From the NCBI GenBank assembly GCA_050613775.1, contig JBODTK010000015.1, positions 620,001-684,000 of the forward strand: 64,000 nucleotides of DNA, written 5' to 3'. The first letter of the stretch is position 1. Each line of letters opens with the position of its first letter. This document shows positions 25,696 through 39,185 of the stretch, piece after piece. The stretch comes from Neocallimastix sp. 'constans' (lineage: Eukaryota). Under the pieces are notes generated by a model that worked only from the letters and a program-made list of their open reading frames with translations, was not told the DNA's origin and did not search any database. The translations under genes were made by a program, and so were the position numbers.

Positions 25696-27807
25696 TTAGT
25701 TTTTAGTTTGCTGATAATGGTATTTCAATATTTGACTCATTTTTCTTGGATAAACATTTCCACTGCTGTATTTGCTATTATGGCTTTGGGATTGTCGTTT
25801 TTGAGTTGCAGAAGAGTCAAAACTACTATTATCTGTCTTATTCTGTTGAGTTGTACAACTATTATTCTCAGTACTAATACTATATGAAGTCCCATCAGGA
25901 GAAAATCGAAGATTATTCTCTTTAAAATGATCTATAATACTTTCAATAGAATTCTTGTTGTTTTCAAAGAATATGGAATAATATCGTAGTAAGAAGATAT
26001 GAATATAATTAGTAATAGATAGAACGAATATATTCATTGAAAATAATATACCATCAACATAATAATTATTTAAATCCATACTTTGGATGATTTTATTAAT
26101 GATAAATTGAAGAAAGTTAATAAAATTTAGAGAGAATAAAATTTTTATTTCATGTAGAGTTTCTTTCATATTCCATTCTATAAAAATCAATAATAAGGAG
26201 GAAAGTAAAAATATAAAATAAATAAATTTTATTATGATATGTATATATTTTCCAAAAACATTATTCATTTTACATTTTTGAAAATTTTCTCCTTCTGATT
26301 TTAATATAGTTTCAATATCGTATGGAAAAATTAATAAGCAACCATGTAAAATCATTTCAAAGATAATAAAAGATATTAAAAATAAATATCGGTTTCTTGT
26401 TTGATTTAACCATTCTGAAATTTTATTAGTCTTAGGAAAGTCTACTATGAGTTGATTGATTAATGGTATCCAATTAAGTGTATATCCTGTTAAAAAAAAT
26501 GCATTTTCCATTATACATTTCATTACATTTAATTTACCATAAATCCGAATTATTGTCAACGGAAGTAGAAATGATCCTGATATTGATATGATCCAATGAT
26601 CATATCTTATAAAAATATATTTCGGTTTATACTGTTTAACTATTACTATTGCCAAAAGTATAATCATAATACATATAGTTATTGAATATAAAATAAAAAG
26701 TATTATTCCCATCATTGTATTATTGTCAATATTTAAAGAAAAATAATAGATCTTTCTCATATCATCTATTTTTTTTAGGGTATTATCAATTGTCGCACCA
26801 CCAAAAATATATTCATAGGAATATTGTCTTAATTTTGCGAAGTAATAATCAATGCTATACTCTGTGACGTTATAGGCTGTCGTAGAGTAAGGTTGTGCCC
26901 CTTTGATTGCAGGACAGTTAACCATTTTACATACATCTTCATCATCATAGAGACTATCAATTCCTGTTAAATAATAATTTTTAATAAAATATCTTTTTTG
27001 AATATCTTTAGAAGTAAAGAATAGAAGTGCTTTAATAGCTGCTTCCTGCTTTTCCTTATTGGAATATCGAGAAACAGAAATAACAAATGGACTTGCTATT
27101 GACCCTGATACATTTTCATTTTTACCTGGAATAGCTGAAACTTCAAAAAAGGGCATATACTCTCCATAATAAAATTTTAAGAAAAGAGCATTATTTGAAA
27201 ATAATTGCTCTATCGTATAAAACATATCTCTTGAAAAAATATCATCTTATATATATTATATATTATATATTATATATTATATATTATATATTATATATTA
27301 TATATTATATATTTTTATTTTTTTTTTATTAATATTTAATAAAATTTTATATAATATAATATATTTTTAAAAAAATGAGATTAATATATAATAATATATA
27401 TATAGTAATGAATATGATTATAAATATTATTTTAATAATAATATAAAAAATTATTTAAAATTATAATATTTTATATTATTATATAAAGATATCATTATAC
27501 ACATTATACACATATTAATAATAACTTGTTAGCATGTAATATATATATAATATATATCATATATATAATACATATAAATTTATATTATTAATAAGTTAAT
27601 ATATAAGCACTAACCCGATGCTATTTCTTCTTTTAATTTTTTTATCATTATTAACGCATCTTTTGTTTCTTTTGATTTGACTTTTGGATATGGGGAGTAA
27701 TTAGAATCTCTATATGAATTAAAAAATTCAAAAAGTGATAATGTACCGGATTCATCATCTTTTTCATATTTGCATTTATATTCATTTGTATTAATAATAA
27801 TAATAAT

Positions 27808-27865
<58 letters not shown>

Positions 27866-28927
27866 TAATTATTATTAATATTGTTATTATTTAATATATA
27901 TAATTTAAAAAAAAAATGTAAATTAATTAAATATATATATAATATAATATATATATATATATATATTTGAATTTTAAACCTGAAAACAATCCATTATAAC
28001 CAATTATTTCAGTATTATTTAACTTTTTTTCTTCCTCTTTAATATATTTTGCAGTTTCAAGTAATTGATCCCAAGTTTCTGGTACCTTTCTATTATATTT
28101 ATTTAATAACATTGTATTGGAGAATAGAACATCCATAGAAAAAAATAAAGGCTACATATAATTACAAATATATATATATATATATAAATATTTTATATAT
28201 TAGAATTATCAATAAATTTTCATTTCAAAAATATAATCAATAGTAATTTAATTCATAATAAATAAGAACTATTTATATATCTATTTATATATTTAATTTG
28301 TTATTATTAATATGATTTGTTTGATAATAACTTGAAATAAATTAATGAAACAATATAATAAAAATACTGATATTTACAAGTCCAACAATTTTATTATTAT
28401 ATTTACATCCAATATTCAGTAATTCCGAGGAAAACATTTTGATGTAATCTTCTTCTAAAATGTTTTCTAAATTTATAAAATGTGGCCCATAAATACTTGT
28501 ATAAGAATCAAAATATAAATATAAATCATATTTTGTTGATTTTTTCATAAGAAGCATATCTATCATAGATCCATAGTTAGTTAATTCAATTGTTGAATTT
28601 TCCGTTGTTAATATCGTTAACTTTAAATTTATATCTAAGTCATTTTTTTGAGAATATTTATTAAATTCATTTACAATTTCAGGATATAAATCAGCATTAC
28701 CACCATAAACAAAACTTATTGCATTAATCGTTATTTCTTCTGTATAATCTTTTTTTTTTATTGTATTTGTAATATAATTGATTGTTTTTTATCAAAATGA
28801 ATATAAAAGAATAATATTGATATTTTTAATATGATTTTTATTACGAAATGTAATATAATTTCTAAAGATATATTAATATAATCAATTTACCTATAATTAA
28901 TAATATTATTATCAATACAATAAAATA

Positions 28928-28930
<3 letters not shown>
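25696..28930 (-). CDS. Receptor-like protein: signal peptide, periplasmic solute-binding-protein-like domain and ~7 TM helices (class C GPCR-like); 5 exons, ~758 aa
   Basis: Exons 28891-28930, 28378-28748, 27980-28151, 27615-27758 and 25696-27245 with GT-AG borders sum to 2277 nt, in frame. Motifs KYDLYLYFD, VPETWDQLLETAK and AAIKALLFFTS, hydrophobic helices, EWN and a Ser-rich tail. Confidence 0.85.
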
Positions 28931-28962
<32 letters not shown>

Positions 28963-29299
28963 TAAAATTTATTAATAAGAATAAAATTTTTAAAAAAAAA
29001 AAAAAAAATAAAAAATAAAAAATAAAATAAAAATATTTTTCATATATCTAGATAATTCTGTATTTCAAAAAAGTTTAAAAATTATAAATCAAAAAAAATA
29101 TTATATGTTTTTTTGATTTATTTAACATTCTAAACTTTAAAATATATATATAATAATATTATTATTAATTATACATATATTTTGTTTGACATATATTTTA
29201 TTATTATTATTTTTTCTTTTATGATTTAATATTTATAAGTTTTTAAATATAATAACTTATTTATTTATATATTTCATTATTTTTAAATAATAATTTTTA

Positions 29300-31255
29300 A
29301 TTCTATTTTTATTATTTTATTTTATTTTATATACTTATACTTTTATATTATTACATTCAATATTTATTTTATTTTATATACTTGTACTTTTATATTATTA
29401 CATTCAATATTTATTTTATTTTATATACTTGTACTTTTATATTATTACATTCAATATTTATTTTATTTTATATACTTTTATTTTTATATTATTACATTCA
29501 ATATTTATTTTATTTTATATACTTGTACTTTTATATTATTACATCCAATATTTATTTTATTTTATATACTTGTTCTTTTATATTATTACATTCAATATTT
29601 ATTTTATTTTATATACTTGTACTAATTTTATTTTATTTTATTTTATTTTATTTTATTTTATTTTATTTTATTTTATTTTATTTTATTTTATTTTATTTTA
29701 TTTTATTTTATTTTATTTTATTTTATTTTATTTTATTTTATTTTATTTTATTTTATTTTATTTTATTTTATTTTATTTTATTTTATTTTATTTTATTTTA
29801 TTTTATTTTATTTTATTTTATTTTATTTTATTTTATTTTATTTTATTTTTATTTTATTTAATCTGTACTTTTTATTTAATATTCTACTATTTATTTTATT
29901 TTATTTTATTTTATTTAATCTGTACTTTTTATTTAATATTCTACTATTTATTTTATTTTATTTTATTTTATTTAATCTGTACTTTTTATTTAATATTCTA
30001 CTATTTATTTTATTTTATTTTATTTTATTTAATCTGTACTTTTTATTTAATATTCTACTATTTATTTTATTTTATTTTATTTAATCTGTACTTTTTATTT
30101 AATATTCTACTATTTATTTTATTTTATTTTATTTTATTTAATCTGTACTTTTTATTTAATATTCTACTATTTATTTTATTTTATTTTATTTTATTTAATC
30201 TGTACTTTTTATTTAATATTCTACTATTTATTTTATTTTATTTTATTTTATTTAATCTGTACTTTTTATTTAATATTCTACTATTTATTTTATTTTATTT
30301 TATTTTATTTAATCTGTACTTTTTATTTATATTTCTACTATTTATTTTATTTTATTTTATTTTATTTAATCTGTACTTTTTATTTATATTTCTACTATTT
30401 ATTTTATTTTATTTTATTTTATTTTATTTTATTTTATTTTATTTTATTTTATTTTATTTTATTTTATTTTATTTTATTTTATTTTATTTTATTTTATTTT
30501 ATTTTATTTTATTTTATTTTATTTTATTTTATTCAATCTGTACTTTATATTTATATTTCTACTATTTATTTTATTTTATTTTATTTTATTTTATTTTATT
30601 TTATTTTATTTTATTTTATTTTATTTTATTTTATTTTATTTTATTTTATTTTATTCAATCTGTACTTTATATTTATATTTCTACTATTTATTTTATTTTA
30701 TTTTATTTTATTTTATTTTATTTTATTTTATTTTATTTTATTTTATTTTATTTTATTTTATTTTATTTTATTTTATTTTATTTTATTTTATTCAATCTGT
30801 ACTTTATATTTATATTTCTACTATTTATTTTATTTTATTTTATTTTATTTTATTTTATTTTATTTTATTTTATTTTATTTTATTTTATTTTATTTTATTT
30901 TATTTTATTTTATTTTATTTTATTTTATTTTATTTTATTTTATTCAATCTGTACTTTATATTTATATTTCTACTATTTATTTTATTTTATTTTATTTTAT
31001 TTTATTTTATTTTATTTTATTTTATTTTATTTTATTTTATTTTATTTTATTTTATTTTATTTTATTTTATTTTATTTTATTTTATTTTATTTTATTCAAT
31101 CTGTACTTTATATTTATATTTCTACTATTTATTTTATTTTATTTTATTTTATTTTATTTTATTTTATTTTATTTTATTTTATTTTATTTTATTTTATTTT
31201 ATTTTATTTTATTTTATTTTATTTTATTTTATTTTATTTTATTTTATTTTTATTC
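29300..31255. repeat. Compound satellite: 47-bp repeats, then (TTTTA)n interrupted by a conserved ~30-bp unit
   Basis: tatacttgtacttttatattattacattcaatatttatttta repeats to ~29620. Then aatctgtacttt(t/a)tattta(a/t)...ctactat units separated by variable TTTTA runs. Confidence 0.92.
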
Positions 31256-31294
31256 ATTTCCAAAAAAAAAAAAAAAAAAAAAAAAGATTTTTAA

Positions 31295-32300
31295 TAATCA
31301 GCATAGAGAATCAGTTAAGTAGATTTTCCTTTAATATTATAAGTTCTATATTTTATTTTGCCTATTTCCCCTTATAATCAAAAATTTCTGAAAAGATTAT
31401 ATATACCTGAATTTTTTATCATTAAAATATTAATGATAAAGTTTAATAGGTAAAACTTCTTGAATACTTTACAATCAATAAGTACAGTTTGAAGATGGAT
31501 AAACGTCATCTATTTGTTTATAACTTATATTTATTACTTTAATATATCTTTTATTATGAAGGTTTATATTATAGTTATATTAAATTAGTTATTATCTAAA
31601 CCCATTTTACATTAGGTTTAATAATACTATTATTGTTAGAATGTACCTATTTCAGGAATAATCATTCTATAATATTTTCATTAAATATTTCGGGTATTAT
31701 ATTATAAACTATTTTGTATGGGATCTCTGACAGATAGTCTTCTCTATTATTGTTGTTCATATATATATGTATGTCGACATGTATCAATACTCGGTTTAAC
31801 AAAAAAACATTGTTAAAAATATGATAACTTAAATCTTTGTAACAATATATATTATTAAATTGTGGTTTTCATGAGGTGGAAATGGTTTATCACATAGTTG
31901 ATTCCTTTATGCATAGATATATTACATTACTAATAGCCTAGAACTTTATTTGTTGAATTATCAAATTATAATTTCAATTAAGAGTTTCTAGTATGAAGAT
32001 CTATAATTTGATTTTATATACATTTAACTGTGTTTTTCCCTATTAAATTAATATTATTTATATTTTTTGGAGTTTTATTTTGCTTGTAATAACTTCTTTA
32101 TATCAATTATTTTATATTTTTACGCCTGCAATCTTGATCATTTTGATCAGTTTTAATTAGTTTTCCTTAAATTGACATAATGAGCAGCTTTTATCATAAT
32201 TTAAAATTCCAGTTTTTTGTTCTTTGACATAATATTGATTCAGACAAACGATTCATTTGCTTAAATTTTTTTTTTAAAAGTCAGATGGGACTCGTAATCT
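31295..32300 (-). mobile_element. Possible highly decayed Ty3/gypsy-like remnant
   Basis: Mildly GC-enriched with no long ORF. Minus-strand fragments CDKPFPPH (cf. LPPHR before gypsy RT) and KGKS...TDSL (cf. GKSN..ADALSR). Confidence 0.25.
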
Positions 32301-33047
32301 GTTAAGAGTCAAAAATTTATAGTTTATAATTATGTCAAATGTGTATTTATATACAATGAATACATATGGCGATATATTCATGAATGGAATAAAATAGTGT
32401 GAATGCAATGAATGTGATATACCGTTTATAATTTAAGATAAAAAGTTACTAGCATTTAATTATTCTAAATTAAATACTTAAATATTAATACATTGTGGCT
32501 TATACATTATTTATATTTATATTATAATAAGTTTCAATACATTTGAAGCTTATTTTACATATATCAATTCTAATTATATTGTAATATTAAAAATTTATTA
32601 TTATTATTTTATTATTATTTTTATTAAAAGCATTTTATTTTACTTGATTGTTAAAACAAATTTTAATTGAATGATTCATTATTTATTTTTACTAATAATT
32701 TATGTTATAAATAAGTAAATAAATAAATAAATTATAAATATATTTTTTATATGCTTTTTTTTTTTTTTAAAAAAAAAAAAAAACAATTATTATTTTATTA
32801 TTTTATTTAAAAAATAACAATAAAAAAATTTTTATAAAACCCTTGAACTTTTTTTTTTTAATTTTTTTAAAAAAAAAAAAATTTAGAGATTATGAAATTG
32901 TATTTTTATCAATTTTGATAAATGATAATTACATTTCTTTTAATATCAAAAATTTAAAAAAATATAGTAATATATGAAAATTTAATTTTTATTTTTATTT
33001 TTATTTTTATTTTTATATTATTCAGTTGTAATAAACAAATTACTATA

Positions 33048-34805
33048 TTAACTTTTTATATTTTCATATGTTGATGAAGCAAAAGTTGGTATATATGATG
33101 AACTTGTATGTCCTATTTGATTAATGGTAGAAGATGTATTATTATTGATATTAATATCATTAATTTTTATCAAATAGATAAATATAAAATTTGATACAGA
33201 AAGGAAAAATATAATTAAGAAAATAACAACAGTATCTGATTTATAACTTCCAAAACTAACGTAATTAAATACCTCATAAATGATTAATAGTAATACATCA
33301 ATGGATAATGCCGAACTTAGAATTTTTAAATAATTTTTGTATTCCTTTATATTCCATTCTAAAAATATTAAAACTAGTGATAGTATTAGCAATATCATTT
33401 GAATGAAATAGATAAATTTAATAATTATTATTCCCCATAACTTTTTCAGCGTACATATTTGATAATTTTCTCCCTCATATACTGATATAGTCTGAATAGT
33501 ATATGGTTTAAAAAATGATAATCCAATTAATATAAGAACTGCAATTATGATGAAAGAAAGAAATAGAAATTTATGAATGCTTTTTTGAAACCATTTTGAT
33601 ATTATATTAGTCAATGGGAAAAATTCAATAAGTTGAAAGAACATTGGAATAATATTAATGAAAAAGCCATTGGTAAAAACTATTAATTGTAAAAAACATT
33701 TGAATGAATTCAGTTTTTCGTAGAAAGTAAAGGTGCTACTTAAAATTATCATTGATCCAAATAGTGATATAATCCAAACTTTATTAGGAAAAAAGGTATT
33801 ATTGTAGTAAATATTATAATTTTTAATATATAAAATAATGGTAAAAATAATCATAGTTACTAGTATGATTGAAACAAAAATGAAAAGAAATAGTCCAATT
33901 GGAGAATCATCGGTTTTCAATGAAAGATAATATATTTTTCTCATATCATCTATTTTTTTTATGACATTCGATACTGTTTCATTTCCGTAAATGTAGTCAT
34001 AAGCATATTGTCTCAATCTTCCAAAATAATATTCTGCTGTATATTCAGTAAGATTATAAGTTGTACCAGAATAGGGTTGAGCGTTTTTCAGTACATCACA
34101 ATCGATCCAAGTACATACTTCTTCATCATCATAGAGACTATTAAGAGGAGATAGTAAATTATTTTTTATTAAATATTTTTTATGAATTTCTTCAGAAGAA
34201 AAAAATCTTAAAAATTCAACTGCTGCCTTCTTATGACTTTCTTCAACATATTGACTAATTGATATAATAGATGATGACACTATACATCCAGAAACTCCAA
34301 TTTTTTTTCCTGGAATCGCTGTAGTTATATAATTTGGTAAATGTCCCATATAGAACAATTTTAAAAATATTGCTTTTCCTGTTATTAATTTCTGTATTGA
34401 TAATTCCATTCCCGATCTAAATATTTCATCTTATATATATATATATTTATTATTATGAATGTATATTTATATATATATATGTAAAATTAATATCAATTTA
34501 TAATTATTAATATTAAATTTTATATAAAGAATACATAAGATTCTACCTGATGATAATTCATTTTTTATTCTTTTAATCATTTCAAGAGCATCTTTTGTTT
34601 CTTTTGATTTTACTAATGGGTATGGTGATGAATTAGAATCTCTGAAAGAGTTAAAAAATTCAAATAATGATAAACTTCCATTATCATCATCTAAAAAATT
34701 TATAATAAAAAAAAAAAAAATTTTTTTATATTTTTTTATTTTCATTTTATTAATATTCAAATAATTTAATGATAATAATAATGAAAATATAATATATAAA
34801 ATACG

Positions 34806-34847
<42 letters not shown>

Positions 34848-35814
34848 AGTATAAATATTATAAATAAAATATAGTAGTAGTAATAAAAAAATGATTCAAT
34901 AGTATATATATATATACTTATATATATTTATTAAAATACCTGAAAATAATCCATTAAATCCTATTAAATCTGTATTATTGAGTTTTCTTTCTTCATCCAA
35001 AATATATTTACCCGTTTTTAAAAATTCATCCCATGTTTTGGGAGCTTTCTTCCCATATTTCGATAGTAATATTTCATTTGAATATATTGATTCTGTTGTT
35101 ATGGTACATGGCTAAAAATTATTTAAGCAATAAATCCAGTTTTTTTTTTTTTTTTTGTATTATTAAATATATATAATATTTATTATAGATAATATATTTA
35201 TAAAAAATAAAAATAAAAATAAAAAATTACATAAATAATAATAAAAATATTTGTTCATTTTTGAAAACATTATTGAGATATTATAATTTTATATATTTAT
35301 TATATATATATATATATATTACAATTCCTGTTAGATCATTATTAGATCTTTTAGTTTTTAAAATTAGTTCAGGTGGAAATTTATTAAAAAAATCTTCATC
35401 TAAATATTTATATAAATTTGTAAAATGTTGTTTATATTCTTTTATGAAAGAGTCATAATAAAAATAAATATCATATTTTGTAGATTTTTTTTTAAGTAAA
35501 AATGTGATTAAATTTCCATAATCATTTACATAACTTGTTGAGTTACTATCAGATAAAATAGTTAATTTTAGGTTAATATCTAAGTTATTATTCTTTGTAT
35601 AGTTATTAAATTCTCTAACAATTTGAGTATAATATTCTGCATATATACTATGTAAATATGCTATAGCTTTTAATGTAATAGCATTTAAAACATCTATTAA
35701 AAAATATATTATTAAATATATAATTATTAACTTTTTCAATATTGTTAAAAAAAAAAAAAAAAAAAAAGACCTACTTATATTTATTATAAATAATATAAAA
35801 AAAAATAATTTCAT
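33048..35814 (-). CDS. Paralogous solute-binding-domain/7TM receptor-like protein; 5 exons, ~702 aa
   Basis: Exons 35775-35814, 35323-35693, 34940-35111, 34547-34690 and 33048-34429 sum to 2109 nt, in frame. The first four exons (40/371/172/144 nt) match the neighbouring paralogue in size, and both share SLYDDE.VC, AQPYS and KKIDDMRKIYY. Confidence 0.85.
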
Positions 35815-37134
35815 TAATTTTGGATTATTATTAAAATTAATTTATTTAAATTTAAAAAAGAGTATTATATGGATTTCTATATAATATTTTTTTTGAATTG
35901 AAATATTCAAAGGAAACATAATATTTTATTTAAAAAAAAAAAAAAATTTTTTATTCTTTTATTCCTTTTTAAGAAATTTAAATATTTAATTTTCTTAATT
36001 ATTTAAATTATTATTAAAAATAAAATTTATAAAAATTTAAAGAAAAAAAAAAATTAAAATTTAATTTATCAATAAAAATTTTTTTATAAAAAAAAAAAAA
36101 ATAAAATAAAATAAAATAAAATAAAATAAAAAAAAAAAACATTTAATCTAAAAATTTTTTTAAACTTTTTTATTTTACGAATTTTCATAATAATAGAAAA
36201 AAAATAATAATTAATATGAATTTGAAGAAACGGTTTTTTTTTTAATGAAACAGTTTTTTTTTTTTTTTAAAGAAACAGTTTTTTTTTTTTTTTTTTTTTA
36301 ATAATATATTTGATGATAAAACAATATTGATAATAATGGATTAAAAATAAATAATAAATATAATAAATATAAATAAAATATAAAAAATTTTATATATAAA
36401 AATTTTTTATTTAATTTTAATTTTAATTTTATTTTATTTTATTTTTTTTTTTTTTTTTAAAATGTATAAAATTAATATCTTGATTGAATCAAAAGTTTCA
36501 CACATTTTTTATCCAAAATTCAATTTTTTACTATAAAAAATTCTTTTGTATAAAGTTTGATTATTAATTAAAATTAATATGAATAATAATCGTAATTAAT
36601 AATATCATTAAAATAATAAATAATAAATATTAATAAGAATGAATAATAGCAAATCTAAATTTATACTTTACTATATATAAAATATTATTTTAGATATACT
36701 TACTTTATATAGGATAAAACAAAAGACAAATAAAGTTATTATAACTAGGATAATATATTTAAAAAATTAATGGTAAATAAAATTTATATTCTATATAATT
36801 TATTTTTTATAAAATTTTTATTAGATTTTATTTTTAATATATATATATAAAAAAAAAATTGTAATAATTTTTTTTATTAAAAATAAAATCTCTTAAAACA
36901 TTTTAAAAAATATTAATTATACTATATGTTCCAATATTATTTTATATTTTAATATTTTAACTAACATTATCTATATATATTATATATTAATGAATCCATT
37001 ATGATGTATTTTTACTATTATTTAGTGTATATATATCTAATATCTAATAATTTACATCATTCTTTGAAAATTAAACACAATTATCACTAAAATAAAATAT
37101 AATATTATAAATTTATAGAAACCAGGGAGTATTA

Positions 37135-37165
<31 letters not shown>

Positions 37166-37645
37166 TTTCAAAGAATACTATTTAAGGTAATCAAAAATGT
37201 TCCATTTATAAAAAAAAAAAAAAAAAAAAAACATTAAATAATTTTAATATAATGATATAATAAAAATAATATTTTTTTTAAAAAAAAAAAGAAATTATCA
37301 AAAATGTTTCATTTATTAAAATTTTTAAAATTTATATATTTACAATTAATATTTTTTACAGTTTTAATTTATAAATTAAAATATTTATACTAAAATTATT
37401 TATATTTTTATAATTTAAACATCAATTCATTATTACAATGTACATTAATTGTTTTTTTTTTTTTTATATATATACTTAAATTTTATTAATTATGTATGTA
37501 ATAGTTATATATAATATATATATTATTTTTTTTAATATATAATTATATATGTCATTTTATCTCTTAATCTATTATTTATTAAATATTTATAAATAGAAAA
37601 AGAGAGTTATTTTATTATTCAAAAGTTTTTCATATGTTTATTAAA

Positions 37646-39185
37646 TGTTAATAATAGTATTCAAAATCAGATATGATAATTATATTTTATTATGTGTTTA
37701 TTTATTTATTTTATTGCTTTTACATTAAGAAAGACCTATTCATTTAAGTATATGTCATTACATGCTATTTAAAATCATTTCTATAATAGTCTAACATTAT
37801 TGGTAACATTTAACCTTACCCTGCATTATATTATCGAATAAAAATATTTTACACTTATTAATGTAGTATAACGAACAATAAAATTGAGCACATAACTGTA
37901 ATATATAGCATTCCCACCAACATTGACATTTTCTACATTTCTATGATGAAATCGGCAAAGTATTTAAGTTTGGGTCCAGAAATACTTATGATTAATGGAT
38001 TTGCCATCATTGAGCTAGAGCCAATGAGTGTTTATTTAATTTCATTTTTTATAATTTCATCTTAAACTTATTTGTATTTTATATCCATATTTTTGCATCG
38101 TCCCTTTTTGTTTTCATTTTCATCTATATCCTTACATAATTTATTATCTATTCTAATATTAATTATAATATTTTTATTTAATATTTTATTTACTATTTTT
38201 TTTTTATCCATATAGCTTGTTTTGTTCATTCTATTAGGCTTGAGTATTCGGCTTCCGTGATTAATAAAGTTATATTTATCAAAGTAATTGATTTCCATGA
38301 TATTGGATTATTTGATAATATAAAAATATATTCTGAAGTGGATCTTCTTTTAATTTCATCATCAACGAAGCCTGCATCACAATAAGCTCTTAAAATTTTC
38401 TTTTTGTTATAATGAATTGAATAGTCCTTTGTACTTTTAAGGTATTATAATATCTAAATACCTACATTCAAATCAGCCATTGTTGGATTCGCAAAAAATC
38501 TTGCAGCTTGATTTACTGCAAATATTATATCAGGTCCTTTTTTAGTTGATACATATAATAAAGATCCAATCAATCTTTTATAATCAATTTTATTAATTTT
38601 TCCAGAGTTTACTCTATCCTTTAATTTTTTCATTAATTCATGGTGTTCTAGTTATTTTGTATTGTATTATTTATATTATAGTTAGTTAACATTTTTTCAA
38701 TATAATCTTTTTGATTAATTTTGAGGCCTGTATTTGTTTTGATTATGTTAATTCCAGTAATTTTGTTTGCTGTTTTATCTGTAGAAGCTTTGTATTTATG
38801 TTTTATCTTTGTAACAACTTTGGTAATTTCTTTATTCTCTCCTACAATTAATATTTCATCAACATAAAGTGTTAGTAATATGTATAATTTATTATTTTTA
38901 TATTTACCAAATAAACACTTCATGCTTGTTTGAGTCCATAAAGAGCCTTTTGTAATAATCTAGATTTTCCGTAATTGAAGTTTTTGTAAAACTTTCTGTA
39001 GTTGTTGAATTTTCTGATTTAGTCATTTTCATATGACTACTAATATTTCTTTATTTTAAAATTTAATGAATGTTTATTAATATTTTAATACATTGAATTT
39101 TGATATTAATAAATTTAAATGAAATATTGAGTCACTGAGACTCTTAATCTGTAATATAGAACACTTTAAGCCAGAAATTAAAGTG
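37646..39185 (-). mobile_element. Degenerate Ty1/copia element retaining RT C-terminus and RNase H; same LTR family as 10379-13905
   Basis: 3' LTR at 37646-37910 is similar to the reverse complement of the 10379 LTR. PPT-like GGTGGGAA abuts it. KALYGLKQA, LYVDEILI and KGRCKNMDIKY remnants. PBS GATTAAGAGTCTCA at 39136-39149, then a truncated 5' LTR. Confidence 0.85.

Noticed and set aside
29850..31250. CRISPR-like repeat/spacer appearance
   Set aside because: The 'spacers' are only TTTTA runs, there are no cas genes, and the context is eukaryotic.
29382..31294. 621-aa and 159-aa ILFYF-repeat ORFs
   Set aside because: They are translations of (TTTTA)n satellite, stop-free by construction.
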